Shown: in pieces, positions 1 through 9,975 of the stretch | How positions within the stretch are numbered: the stretch's first letter is position 1 | Layout of the letters: each line of letters starts with the position of its first letter | Virus record (IMG/VR): IMGVR_UViG_3300022696_000071 | Coordinates: 105,748 to 169,747 of that record | Source: a virus | Strand: one strand, 5' to 3' | DNA length: 64,000 nucleotides | Notes under the pieces: generated by a model | Seen by the model: only the letters and a program-made list of their open reading frames with translations | What the model was told of the DNA's origin: nothing | Databases searched by the model: none | Translations under genes and position numbers: made by a program

Positions 1-285
1 ATTTTTTTAGCACTATGTATACTACTGGCGTAATCAACAGTTTTAGCTCTCATCTGAGTTGACATTTCTGTCAATGATTTATTAAACGTGCCTACATTGT
101 TTATAAGCTGTTTTTTCTCATTTTCTAACTGATCATTGTAATCAACCATATCACCCTCTTATATTGGTTTAAACGCGCATATATCCTTATTTTTAAATTT
201 ACAGTTTGTCCGATCTTTGTAAATAATCGGACAAAAAAAAGAAAATAGATAACAAACTGAAATCTTATCTATTTTCTTTTTTTAA

Positions 286-966
286 TTAGAACATTATTTT
301 AACATATCTACTTATTTTTTTATTTACAGGATGATCATTGAAATTATCATATTTAATATAAACATCGTGTAAGAATTTATTTTGCCATTTTTTAAATATA
401 TTATTTTTATAATAATGATCTATACCCATATTTTTAACATTATCACAAAATTCTAATAATGCTGTTCCATCTAATCGTTTTATTATTTTAATATTATTTC
501 TGATAGCAAACGATAATTCTAATTTATCTAAGTCATACACATTCTCTTTATGTGGATATATTATTTCATACTCTATTTCTGATTTACATTCAGGGCATAA
601 CTTAAATTTTGGACGCCATTTAGCATGTACAGATAATTTATTACATTTATTACATTTAACTATAAATTTTGAATTAGCCCACATTCCCTGTTTAAAAATA
701 ATAATATTTTGTTTTAATTTTAAATTATATTCATCTATAAATGAATCAACATAATCAAATGAATAAAACATAAAATTAAATATTCTAATCAAATATATTT
801 CAAAAAGTAAAAATTCTCTCTTCGATGAATCATTTCTTTTAATTTTTAATTCATTAAATATTCCTGTTTTATTAATATTAATAAATGGAATAAATTTATT
901 AAAAATGAATCTAATTTTTATGATTATAAAAAATGGTAATGTGAACAAACCATATATTAATTTCAT
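286..966 (-). CDS. hypothetical protein; N-terminal hydrophobic segment and C-terminal Cys-x2-Cys...Cys-x2-Cys zinc-ribbon
   Basis: 226-aa ORF from the track. CNKCNK...CPEC motif. AT-rich codon usage consistent with neighbours. Confidence 0.4.
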   Translation of the reverse strand: MKLIYGLFTLPFFIIIKIRFIFNKFIPFININKTGIFNELKIKRNDSSKREFLLFEIYLIRIFNFMFYSFDYVDSFIDEYNLKLKQNIIIFKQGMWANSKFIVKCNKCNKLSVHAKWRPKFKLCPECKSEIEYEIIYPHKENVYDLDKLELSFAIRNNIKIIKRLDGTALLEFCDNVKNMGIDHYYKNNIFKKWQNKFLHDVYIKYDNFNDHPVNKKISRYVKIMF

Positions 967-1039
967 ATTATATCTCCAAAACTTTTGGGGGAATATGCAT
1001 TAAACATATTCCCCATTTTATAATAATTAATTTATATTA

Positions 1040-1993
1040 TTATATATTTAAACCATTTATAGTTTTAATAATGGATGATGTGGGTTTAACTTGATTTACA
1101 ATTGCGAGAACCTCAGATGGATAAGTATATTCTTGACATGGAATTGTATCTGGATTATTTACACCTATCTGTTTATATGCTTCAAACAAAACCATCAAAC
1201 TCTCTTTTAAATATTTTTTAAATGTTGGATTATTAGACCCACCAAGATAAAACATATCTGATGCGAACATTCTAACAATTAATTCATCAACTTTATTTTT
1301 ATCTTTCACATAATTACCAATTAAGTCTCTCCATATAGAAGTTGTGTTTGATCTATTTCCTACAACCCCTCTTTGTTCATTACGCATAAATAAATCTTTT
1401 ATAGAAACAGATATTTTTTTATCTAAATCTGGATATTTATTTTGCAAATAATAAACCATTATAAATCTATAAAATGGAACTAATATCGATGACATATTAT
1501 TTTTAATAGTTGAGATTGTATCATTACACGATGTGTAATGAGCAAATTCATGTGTAATTATCGGTGGAACTTCTCTATATGCTTGACCTAATAATCCAAC
1601 ATTATCATCTAAAAATACATATACTTTATTTGTAGATCTGTCATAAAATGCAATCATCCCACCCCGACTTGAATATAAATCAGGGGTGATATTTAAAAAA
1701 TCTCGTTTAAAATTATTGTATTTTCTTTTTATTTCTTTCCCAAGAAATTTAAACTTTGATTTACTAATATATCCAATATACATTACTTCTTTATCAATCG
1801 CTTCTATAAATTTAGAAGCAGTTGGTTTTGATATTGGATTTGTTTCAATCCAAGTTTTCATATAATCGTTTATTCGTTTATTACTATATACATTAATCCC
1901 ATCATGCGTTGTAGTCACTAATTCCAGACCATATGGTGCCAACTCTGCGAATTCTCGTAACTCAACAAATTGAGTGTAATCATTATCATCCAT
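1040..1993 (-). CDS. putative zinc metallopeptidase (HExxH)
   Basis: 317-aa ORF with an ITHEFAHY motif (HExxH). Confidence 0.4.
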   Translation of the reverse strand: MDDNDYTQFVELREFAELAPYGLELVTTTHDGINVYSNKRINDYMKTWIETNPISKPTASKFIEAIDKEVMYIGYISKSKFKFLGKEIKRKYNNFKRDFLNITPDLYSSRGGMIAFYDRSTNKVYVFLDDNVGLLGQAYREVPPIITHEFAHYTSCNDTISTIKNNMSSILVPFYRFIMVYYLQNKYPDLDKKISVSIKDLFMRNEQRGVVGNRSNTTSIWRDLIGNYVKDKNKVDELIVRMFASDMFYLGGSNNPTFKKYLKESLMVLFEAYKQIGVNNPDTIPCQEYTYPSEVLAIVNQVKPTSSIIKTINGLNI

Positions 1994-2048
1994 AAGTATA
2001 TTCCCTTTAAAATATTAATTTTAAAGTTTGTCCGTAGAATATACTTCA

Positions 2049-2921
2049 CTATGTATTAACACACACCACATCTTTAATTATATTACGTAATATAGCAGCA
2101 ATATAATTATCAATGAAATGATCATCTATTCCATTTGATAATGCCGTATCTACGGCAGGATTATCTTTGAATCTTCCATAAAATTTATCTTTGAGTCTAT
2201 ATATAAAACTCTTTTTTCTATCATCAGTTATAACATCACATCCAGAATTAATATAAACAAAATTACCAACATGTTTCCATCCAACTAATGGTATTAATGT
2301 TACTGCATCATTATTATTTACAAATCTAAAATAATTACCAATCTGTTCGTTAAAAAGTGGTTTAAAACTATACGATGAAAATCTTGGAGATCCATACGTA
2401 TAAGTTGCAACATGTCTATCTTTTAAATTACAATCATTACTATAAATATATGCAGTAAACAATGCAGCCATTGCTCCACCCAAGCTATGACCACAAATAA
2501 ATATTTTATGCTTTTTAAATTCAGTAGATAATAATTCTATAATTTTATATCCAAATGTATTTACAGCACCATTAAATCCATCATGAACTTCAGACTCAAA
2601 TGGACCATTAACTTTCTCTACATCAATATCAGTTTTCACATCACGAATATCATTTGTTCCAGCAAATGCTACAACAACAAACTGATTATCCCATATAATC
2701 AATAATTCATCGTTTCCAGATACGAATTCATAACATCCACAAGTATCTTCAGAAAATAAATTTAAACAAGTTATTGCATTTACATCTTTTGTCTTATATG
2801 CATACTTTGATATAACAGCTAATGCATATGCGTTCGTTAAATCGAGTTCATGAATTTCTTCTAATAAATTAACTGGATAAATTTTCTCTACGTCATTACT
2901 CATCTTTAATTCTCCTCTCAT
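2049..2921 (-). CDS. class-3 lipase-like alpha/beta hydrolase
   Basis: GHSLGGA nucleophile-elbow motif (GxSxG), exactly as in the Lipase_3 family. 290 aa. Confidence 0.55.
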   Translation of the reverse strand: MRGELKMSNDVEKIYPVNLLEEIHELDLTNAYALAVISKYAYKTKDVNAITCLNLFSEDTCGCYEFVSGNDELLIIWDNQFVVVAFAGTNDIRDVKTDIDVEKVNGPFESEVHDGFNGAVNTFGYKIIELLSTEFKKHKIFICGHSLGGAMAALFTAYIYSNDCNLKDRHVATYTYGSPRFSSYSFKPLFNEQIGNYFRFVNNNDAVTLIPLVGWKHVGNFVYINSGCDVITDDRKKSFIYRLKDKFYGRFKDNPAVDTALSNGIDDHFIDNYIAAILRNIIKDVVCVNT

Positions 2922-3022
2922 TATATAATTTACAAAAAATTAAATTACGTTTAATGTGGGGGTTCTTGGCAATAATAATGATTATTGGTTATTACTTAAT
3001 ATATATATAGTCAATTTATAAT

Positions 3023-3604
3023 TTATCTTCTATTAAATGTTGGTCTTTTTTTATCAACCATAATTTCTGATATAATATCATTATATTTTATTTCTGTTTT
3101 AATATATGCATCGATCAATATATCATTATTATCAACAATAAAATCTATTATTAAAGCAACATATTCTTTAATTATTAATTCATCTCTAATCTCATTAAAT
3201 TGAAAATTCTTGAGAATATAATGTTTAAAAGTATCACTAAGTGCATAACGTACAATATCTCTGAAAGTAAGAGTTTCAGATTCAATATAATGCATCATAG
3301 AATATATCTTTTTATATTTACCCACAATATCATAAAATACATCGATAAGTTTATATCTTCGCATTTTTATATGCTCGATATTTTCTCCAGTTTCATATTT
3401 TAAAAAATATAATTCATTTAATTTTCCATAAAACACATCATGAAGTTTATTAGTCATAAGATACTTATATAATTTATCTTTTACTCTTCCTATATTTTTA
3501 CCCATAAATTCATTATCATCAATTTTCAATATCACTTTATTCATCTTGTTTATCCCCCTTTCTGCAATCAAAACCATCATCATGTGAACATTTATCACTA
3601 CCAT
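3023..3604 (-). CDS. hypothetical protein
   Basis: 193-aa ORF. Overlaps the next ORF by about 68 nt, so the true start may be internal. Confidence 0.35.
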   Translation of the reverse strand: MVVINVHMMMVLIAERGINKMNKVILKIDDNEFMGKNIGRVKDKLYKYLMTNKLHDVFYGKLNELYFLKYETGENIEHIKMRRYKLIDVFYDIVGKYKKIYSMMHYIESETLTFRDIVRYALSDTFKHYILKNFQFNEIRDELIIKEYVALIIDFIVDNNDILIDAYIKTEIKYNDIISEIMVDKKRPTFNRR

Positions 3605-3905
3605 ATAAATATTTTGCAGAATCGATATCTAATCCAGCCCTTCTAAATGCAGCAATTTCTTCTGGCATTAATTTAAGAACAGCAGAATGCATTAATTCCA
3701 AATCTGTTTTATTTCTTACACGAGTAGATGTATCATGAACATAAATCGATCTATAATGATACTCTACTCCTTCTGGTTTACCATCTTCATTCAGATCCAA
3801 AACCATATTTCTTGCATCAACTACATTTTTATAATAAAACTTAGTTCCAAAATCTTCACCATCAATAGTTTTAAATATTCTATATATTTCCATTATAATC
3901 ACCAA
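3537..3905 (-). CDS. hypothetical protein
   Basis: 122-aa ORF. RBS-like purine run upstream. Confidence 0.35.
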   Translation of the reverse strand: MVIIMEIYRIFKTIDGEDFGTKFYYKNVVDARNMVLDLNEDGKPEGVEYHYRSIYVHDTSTRVRNKTDLELMHSAVLKLMPEEIAAFRRAGLDIDSAKYLYGSDKCSHDDGFDCRKGDKQDE

Positions 3906-3979
3906 TAAAAAATTAATTAAGAGTTTATATTGCAGAATCTGAGATGCAGATATTAATTTATCTGCATCTCAAACCGACT

Positions 3980-4948
3980 TTAATCAACCCACGTCCTATA
4001 TGCCGGTTGGGTTGATCTGGCTTCAGAGTTAAGAACGACTTTTCTCCAGTGGAGATATTTAATCGTTCTATGATCGGAAGGTTTAGTTTTCGATCTGGAA
4101 ACGTGACGTAATCTGCCACGCACAAATCGACCACCATTTGAGAACATAGATCTTTCTCTCGTAAATGGTGAGATGTCTAAACCAGCATCGATTAGTTGAC
4201 CAACTAATTTTGAATCACGAAAGAGTTTTACCGGAACACCAACAAATTCTTCCGCTTGATGCTGATTTCCATTCCGAATATTAAACGCTTCTCCTAAATT
4301 TTTCTTTCTCTCGATAAATACTCGATTCTTATCAAGAAGAAAGTTAACGATATCTCTTTCATTTTGATTTGTTTCTACGAAGAAATATTCCCCCTGTCGT
4401 GGAGGTGTCATCTTCCGTTTTCCATCACTGAATGTAATAGATGCACCAAGAGACAATTTCGCGTCAGCAACTGTTGAGCATGGCGTTCTGAGTTGAGAGA
4501 TAAACAGTTGTCTCTCATCAACTCCCCCAAGATAATGCTCTTTTCTGCCAGACGTTTTCTCGGTGATGATGAACTCGGTGTCTGTCTCTCTGAAATTGAC
4601 ACCTGTTCTTTGAAGAACATTTCTACGAACTTTTACAAAATCAGAACGTCGAGATTTTTCTTCCGTATACTCAAACGTTCTTTCATTTTCATTGACAAAA
4701 AGAACAAACTGTTGACTCTCTTTATCGATGTTGAGAATTTGAACTTCATTCTCAGCATCTCCAAAGAAAATTTCGAACCATTCGTCGATTCGAGTTCCAT
4801 TGATATCGTTGCCGATATCAATTTGAACAATATTGTTCAAATTTCTCCCTCTGCCTTTTGGTTTATCAATGAACCGAAGTTCAATATCAAGTTCATCGAA
4901 TTTCCGTTTCAATATTTCAAACCGTCTATCACTCATAATACCCTCCAA
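3980..4948 (-). CDS. hypothetical protein (compositionally GC-richer than its neighbours)
   Basis: 322-aa ORF with an Arg-rich C-terminus. Local GC is clearly above the surrounding AT-rich DNA. Confidence 0.4.
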   Translation of the reverse strand: MEGIMSDRRFEILKRKFDELDIELRFIDKPKGRGRNLNNIVQIDIGNDINGTRIDEWFEIFFGDAENEVQILNIDKESQQFVLFVNENERTFEYTEEKSRRSDFVKVRRNVLQRTGVNFRETDTEFIITEKTSGRKEHYLGGVDERQLFISQLRTPCSTVADAKLSLGASITFSDGKRKMTPPRQGEYFFVETNQNERDIVNFLLDKNRVFIERKKNLGEAFNIRNGNQHQAEEFVGVPVKLFRDSKLVGQLIDAGLDISPFTRERSMFSNGGRFVRGRLRHVSRSKTKPSDHRTIKYLHWRKVVLNSEARSTQPAYRTWVD

Positions 4949-5429
4949 ATCTAATAAAAAACTTAAATATAAAATAAAAAGCTAACAAGTCTAATCTTAT
5001 ATAATTTAATATATATACTTATAACTAATTAAATTTACATTAGATATTTATGTTTATATCTATAATTATTAAAATATAACTATGAGTTCAACATACTGAA
5101 ATTATTATAAATAAACATTAGAGAATTAATTAAGTTTTTAGCTTGACTTAGTAAAAACTAATCAACTATCAGATGTAAAAACAGTGATGCAAGTTATTAT
5201 AATAACAGAATATAATGCAGGACAATCCTTTTCTACATTTCACTAAAAAGTTACTAAATCCAATTAATACATTATTAATTTCTCATTTAACCCACTTAAC
5301 GTACTCATTAATTAATTTTTTTATTTGTTAATATCATACTATTCATATAATCATTTTATATTCTACAAAAAAAAGCAGAGATGGTAACTCGACCCTTCAC
5401 GGGGGAGTACCATTCCGCTTTTTTTGATT

Positions 5430-5717
5430 TTATTCGCGTTTGGGTTTCTTCAACCCGAGCGCTTCAGAAACGGGTTTGTTTAAATCGGCAGTTATTGCCG
5501 ATTTCAACTTCCCTTTATTGATGACAGCCAGCGTGACGAACACGCCGACAACGATGCCAACCACCCACAACAGGGGGTCAGCGAACGATATCATTTTGTG
5601 GGAGTACATGAACAAATAGTACTCCCACAAAAGTCCGTCTAATCCTGCCGGTTTACCCCCATAAATGGAGATAAACTCGAACAAAACAAATCCTTCTACC
5701 AAACACGTAAATAACAT
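5430..5717 (-). CDS. small membrane protein
   Basis: 95 aa with two hydrophobic segments. GC-richer. Flanked by a bidirectional hairpin at 5369-5427. Confidence 0.35.
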   Translation of the reverse strand: MLFTCLVEGFVLFEFISIYGGKPAGLDGLLWEYYLFMYSHKMISFADPLLWVVGIVVGVFVTLAVINKGKLKSAITADLNKPVSEALGLKKPKRE

Positions 5718-5819
5718 GACAATTCCTCCTTATTATAAGATTAATGGTTAGTAGACCGTCCAACCTCCTCAGACGATTCTACTTATTAATTAATATATAT
5801 AATAAATGGTATACTATAT

Positions 5820-6230
5820 TTAATCTAATTTTTCCATATATCGATTTATCATCTTATCGATTTGGTTAAAGTCTCTTCCAATAACAAATCCATCTTTAAA
5901 CTTCTTCAAAAATAATTCTTTTTCTCCTGTTACTTCACCAATATCGATCTTAGAATCAACGAATTCCATAAACGCTACACCATCACATAATTTGTTTAAA
6001 ACAGCTACATCTATAATAATAGTTACATCATCTTTAAATCTGAAACATAACATATCATTATGTAAATCATACACGCCACCCATAACATAATTCATAGATC
6101 TTTGGATTGATCCAAGTCGTACAATATCTGGAATTGTTACAAGTGGAATATATCTATATCCTTTCCCATATGGTTCACCATATTCGATTAAATTTTCTTC
6201 ATTATTGATAAGATGATACATTTCACCCAT
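5820..6230 (-). CDS. hypothetical protein
   Basis: 136-aa ORF, tightly packed with 6232..6537. Confidence 0.4.
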   Translation of the reverse strand: MGEMYHLINNEENLIEYGEPYGKGYRYIPLVTIPDIVRLGSIQRSMNYVMGGVYDLHNDMLCFRFKDDVTIIIDVAVLNKLCDGVAFMEFVDSKIDIGEVTGEKELFLKKFKDGFVIGRDFNQIDKMINRYMEKLD

Positions 6231-6231
6231 T

Positions 6232-6537
6232 TTATTCTCCTTTATCGTTTATAGTAATTGAATCAAGATATTTAACTATTATATCATGATTATCTTTAGA
6301 TATCTTATTTTTAGATATTAATTCATTCAAAAATAATCTCAATTCGTTTGTATAACCAATGGGAACACATTCAACTCCATCATACTGCATTTTAAATTCT
6401 CGTTGATCAGTTATATTCTTTATCTCATTCATTAATTTCAAAAATAATTCTGATTCTTGTAAATCATCAGATATTAATGAATAAGATAATGTAGTTCTTA
6501 TTTGACTAACGTTTATCATATGTACTGATTCTAACAT
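6232..6537 (-). CDS. hypothetical protein
   Basis: 101-aa ORF. Confidence 0.35.
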   Translation of the reverse strand: MLESVHMINVSQIRTTLSYSLISDDLQESELFLKLMNEIKNITDQREFKMQYDGVECVPIGYTNELRLFLNELISKNKISKDNHDIIVKYLDSITINDKGE

Positions 6538-6548
6538 AATATCTCCTT

Positions 6549-7106
6549 TTAAGCTGGACTCCAGAAATAATCTCTTTGCAATTTTTCTTTATATATTGCA
6601 CCAAGAACTTTAAGATCTTTGAGATATCTTAAAGATTGTGATCTTGATATGCCAGACTTATTAGCAACATCACTCGATCTAATCCATTCTTCATCGACTA
6701 CAACTTTGAATATTCGATTTATGAATGAGTCTGCATTATTTAATCTCTCATTAACGATTTTTCTTAATTTGAACTCAAGACAATCTTCACAAAAATCGAT
6801 TGGTAAAACGTCATTGATCATTTTTTGAACTGTCAATTTCACTTGATTATCTTTTATATCAAACATTCCATTGATATCTTCAAGTCTCGTTATTTTTATT
6901 TTACCCAATCGAACTGTAAAAAATTTATCATTTCCACATACTTTGCAGACATCACGATCTAATTGATCAAGATTAACATTATCATGAGTTACTCTTATTC
7001 CTACTTTATCATTAAACAATACGAGTTCCATATACACTACTCCTTTCGTAATAAATAAAAATAAATATGTTGTCGGCATGGTCATATTCCTCCATAATAT
7101 GACCAT
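6549..7106 (-). CDS. hypothetical protein with a C-terminal HTH-like segment (possible regulator)
   Basis: C-terminus SGISRSQSLRYLKDLKVLGAI resembles a winged-helix HTH. Two candidate starts (7106 and about 7033), both with AGGAG-type RBS. Promoter motif at about 7136-7165 (minus). Confidence 0.4.
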   Translation of the reverse strand: MVILWRNMTMPTTYLFLFITKGVVYMELVLFNDKVGIRVTHDNVNLDQLDRDVCKVCGNDKFFTVRLGKIKITRLEDINGMFDIKDNQVKLTVQKMINDVLPIDFCEDCLEFKLRKIVNERLNNADSFINRIFKVVVDEEWIRSSDVANKSGISRSQSLRYLKDLKVLGAIYKEKLQRDYFWSPA

Positions 7107-7301
7107 TCTTTCCTCCTTTTTATATTTAAAATGGTTAATGGTTATTATTTAATATATATAGAAAAAAATAATATGTGGATATCACCTCCTTTCACATATT
7201 ATTTTTTTAATCACATTTTACCACCAACACGGTCTGACCGGAATCGGTATCGCGACCCGGTTCGCGTCAGAGAAGACGTGTAACCGTTCCCCCAACAAAA
7301 A

Positions 7302-7338
7302 AGAGAAAATGGACTATACATCCATAATCTCTTTTTTT
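7302..7338. terminator. bidirectional hairpin terminator sharing the GGACTATACATCC loop with 10607-10646
   Basis: AAGAGAAAATGGACTATACATCCATAATCTCTTTTTTT, flanked by A-run and T-run. Downstream of minus gene 7347..7961. Confidence 0.45.
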
Positions 7339-7346
7339 GTATATTA

Positions 7347-7961
7347 CTATATTCCATCAACCAGCTTATTGCTGGTTTTCATCATTTTATTGCCCCATAG
7401 CATAGTGTTAGATATGATATGGGGCATATACTTTTCGTATAATGTACCCGTATCATATTCAATTTCTCTTATGCGGGTGCCTATGTAATACGATTGAGGA
7501 CCATCCTTCTTCCTCATAATCGTAATAAAATTAAAATTATAATCGGCAGCTTCCCGCCGATTTTGGAATTCCGACCAGTCGTGTTCGAAGATTACATCTT
7601 CGTTGCCTTCGAACAATTTAACCAACGAACCGGGTTTAACCGTTTCAATCATTACTGCAACGCAGTAATTTACTTGTCGTCCAATCTCGAAAATATAAAG
7701 AACATCTTTGAACATGCATACGTGTTTAAGATGTAGATTCTTTCTATCCCCGAATTCAATCCCAGTAATATCGTCTTTAATAACAAAAATGTTTTCTTTG
7801 CATGATCTCTCTCCCCATCCATGACCATGATAGAGTCTATGGTCATCTTTGTCTTGCGACAAAATGACGCCGGGAGTGTTTAAATCTTTCCTGGTTATCA
7901 TTTTAATATTATTGACGACAATAATCTCCCCATTTTTTACATTAATGATAATTTGGCTCAT
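7347..7961 (-). CDS. hypothetical protein (contains an HRLYHGHGW motif)
   Basis: 204 aa. RBS AAGGAGAATTAAAGATG. The His cluster suggests metal binding. Confidence 0.45.
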   Translation of the reverse strand: MSQIIINVKNGEIIVVNNIKMITRKDLNTPGVILSQDKDDHRLYHGHGWGERSCKENIFVIKDDITGIEFGDRKNLHLKHVCMFKDVLYIFEIGRQVNYCVAVMIETVKPGSLVKLFEGNEDVIFEHDWSEFQNRREAADYNFNFITIMRKKDGPQSYYIGTRIREIEYDTGTLYEKYMPHIISNTMLWGNKMMKTSNKLVDGI

Positions 7962-7989
7962 CTTTAATTCTCCTTTTTTTGGTAAAAGT

Positions 7990-8045
7990 TAATGGTTAAA
8001 ATTTAATATATATAATCACAATATATATTAAATAATAACTAATTA
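7990..8045. promoter_or_regulatory. divergent pair of promoter-like motifs (minus: TGATTATATATATTAAATTTTAACCATTAAC; plus: ACAATATATATTAAATAATAACTAATTAACC)
   Basis: Sits between the divergent genes 7347..7961 (minus) and 8075..8359 (plus). Confidence 0.45.
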
Positions 8046-8074
8046 ACCACTTAAAATTAAAAGGAGATTTTATT

Positions 8075-8359
8075 ATGACAAAAAAAGAAAAACAAGAACT
8101 TATCATGAAGCTGAAAAATATTTTAGCTTTACTTGTAACAACAAGATCGGATGATATTACTGAAGATCAATTCAGTGATATCGTTCGAAAGATTGATGTA
8201 CTGGATAATATTTTTAAGAACATCATGACCAACACAGATGGTCATAGATGCGAATCGTGCTATCATCCAGTAAAAGTGGGAGAGATTATTCCCACGGTAG
8301 AGTATAATGGACTATTCCGTTATTACGGAAAATCAAAATGTATTTATTGCGAAAAATAA
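8075..8359 (+). CDS. small zinc-ribbon protein
   Basis: 94 aa. RBS AAAAGGAGA 8 nt upstream. C-terminal CxxC...CxxC. Promoter motif at about 8018-8045 and hairpin terminator at 8371-8427. Confidence 0.45.
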   Translation: MTKKEKQELIMKLKNILALLVTTRSDDITEDQFSDIVRKIDVLDNIFKNIMTNTDGHRCESCYHPVKVGEIIPTVEYNGLFRYYGKSKCIYCEK

Positions 8360-9233
8360 ATACATTATAAAAAAAAGAGAATGGGATATATTATACACAT
8401 ACGCATTTAATCTCATTCTCTTTTTTTAAGTTCACATACACACACAGAGAGAGAGAAGAGGGGGTAAGAAAAGAAGGACAAATAAGTAGAAATAGAAAGA
8501 AAGATTTGTATTCATGGGAATAAAGATCTCAAATAGAATTCAATAGAAGATGCCCATCTTTAATACATCACATTCTTTCTTTTTCAATTGATAGACCAAC
8601 TCACCTATCAAGTTGAATGACAGATAAGAGAACTATACGGGAACTGTACCATTCTCACAAAATTATCCATTCAACAAATCAATGAGCATAGTCATTTATT
8701 GGCTATTTGATACTTTATCTGTTATATTTATCAACCGATAAATTATCCGACAGAAATAAGCGTCACAATACTTTTAAACGTTTATTTTGCGTCAATATTT
8801 CTATATATGAGTTTATTCAATAATATCAACAACTTATCAATCTACAATTTTTAAATTACTTTTTTACACATCAAAGAAGTACATTTCACTGAAACCTTCC
8901 TTTTTCCCTTCCAAACCCATTTTCATCAATACACCCCATATTATAACCAAATCACCCATCTATCAATCCAATTTATACGATTTTTACATAGTGCAGATAA
9001 CCATTTTTCATCAATTTTTAATTGATTTCTATTTCATCAAAATCATCAAATTACTTCTATAATTACTATTCTACAATACAAAAAACTGAAATAATGGAAA
9101 TATACATTCATATCAATCTGGTTAAAAAATTAAGATTGATATATGTGATGATGTCTCTCAGAGAGAGAGAATAAGATTTATAAGTGTATTCAAAAAACAT
9201 ATGATCTCATTCTCTCTTTCTTTTTTTGTTTAT

Positions 9234-9280
9234 ATAAATAGTAGCATAATACTACTACTATTTATATATAAATCAATCTA
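9234..9280. repeat. near-perfect palindrome TTTATATAAATAGTAG-N-CTACTATTTATATA(TA)AA
   Basis: 14-16 bp arms read directly from the sequence. Lies in the ORF-free region. Confidence 0.55.
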
Positions 9281-9466
9281 TATATATTCAAAAAATTATA
9301 CCAAAAATTTTTCCACATCCAAATAATAGCTATTGAAAACTATATATCAGAAATAAATTCTCATGGAATATAAAATTAAAGAATCTGAATATAGATATAA
9401 TAATTATATTCAGATTTCTTTCAGATTTGGTATAAGTATATATATATGTCTCTATATTGATTCAAA

Positions 9467-9614
9467 AAAATTGATCTATTAATTTCAAAAAATGGTGTAT
9501 TTTCGTTTTCAGATAGGACAGGTATATATATATATTGATTCAAAAAAGTTGATCTATCAGATATCCATTGATTCAAAAAAGTTGATCTATTGATTTCAAA
9601 AAATGGTGTATTTT
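9467..9614. repeat. iteron-like direct repeats: TTGATTCAAAAAA(A/G)TTGATCTAT x3 and TGATTTCAAAAAATGGTGTATTTTC x2
   Basis: Copies at 9467-9490, 9535-9557 and 9568-9590, with the second repeat at 9481-9504 and 9590-9614. Inside a 1.9 kb ORF-free region. Confidence 0.6.
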
Positions 9615-9932
9615 CCCAACCAGGACTGGTCCTTAAAGGTACCCTCATAAGTCGCCAAGTAAATCGAAGCTTGAAGCAATGGTATATGATGTTCATGTTT
9701 CAAGTATGCCAATCATTGAAGACCCACCCAAACATCAAAGCTTCAAGTATTTTTTTCGAAAATTTGAGTATTTACCCACTCTATCAATATGTCCTGCTAT
9801 TACCCTATTTCCATCCAAATCGCTCTCATTTCGTTTCTATGGAGATTTATTTTAAATCTATAGTGAGATATTCATAAAAAAAGATCATCCAATGTTGACG
9901 AAATGAGATAGGAATAAATGGAAATGATGTGT

Positions 9933-9975
9933 CTACTGCCTTACGGCAGATTTAGAATTCCATATATATAGTGAA
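9933..9975 (-). repeat. conserved hairpin element copy A (TTCACTATATATAT-N10-ATCTGCCGTAAGGCAGTAG as read on the minus strand)
   Basis: One of four copies (A-D) of an approximately 45-nt element: promoter-like 5' half, 10-nt spacer and a CTGYC/GRCAG stem-loop. A lies in the ORF-free region. Confidence 0.5.

Noticed and set aside
4949-5429. tRNA or other RNA genes in AT-rich intergenic regions (also 8400-10250 and 10650-11030)
   Set aside because: No GTTCRANYC T-loop-like boxes with an appropriately spaced acceptor stem were found by eye. Cannot exclude without tRNAscan.
7347-7961. Possible QueD (6-carboxytetrahydropterin synthase), because of HRL...HGH residues
   Set aside because: In QueD the HRL and Cys-x3-HGH elements are separated by about 10 residues. 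Here they are contiguous (HRLYHGHGW), and the protein is 204 aa with no other QueD similarity. Kept as hypothetical.
9467-9614. CRISPR array?
   Set aside because: Only 2-3 repeat copies, with partly repeated 'spacers' and no regular repeat-spacer periodicity. More like iterons.
9421-9877. ORFs 9421..9696 (minus) and 9590..9877 (plus)
   Set aside because: Their translations consist of the iteron repeats (FEINRSTFLNQ x3). No RBS. The region is better explained as noncoding.
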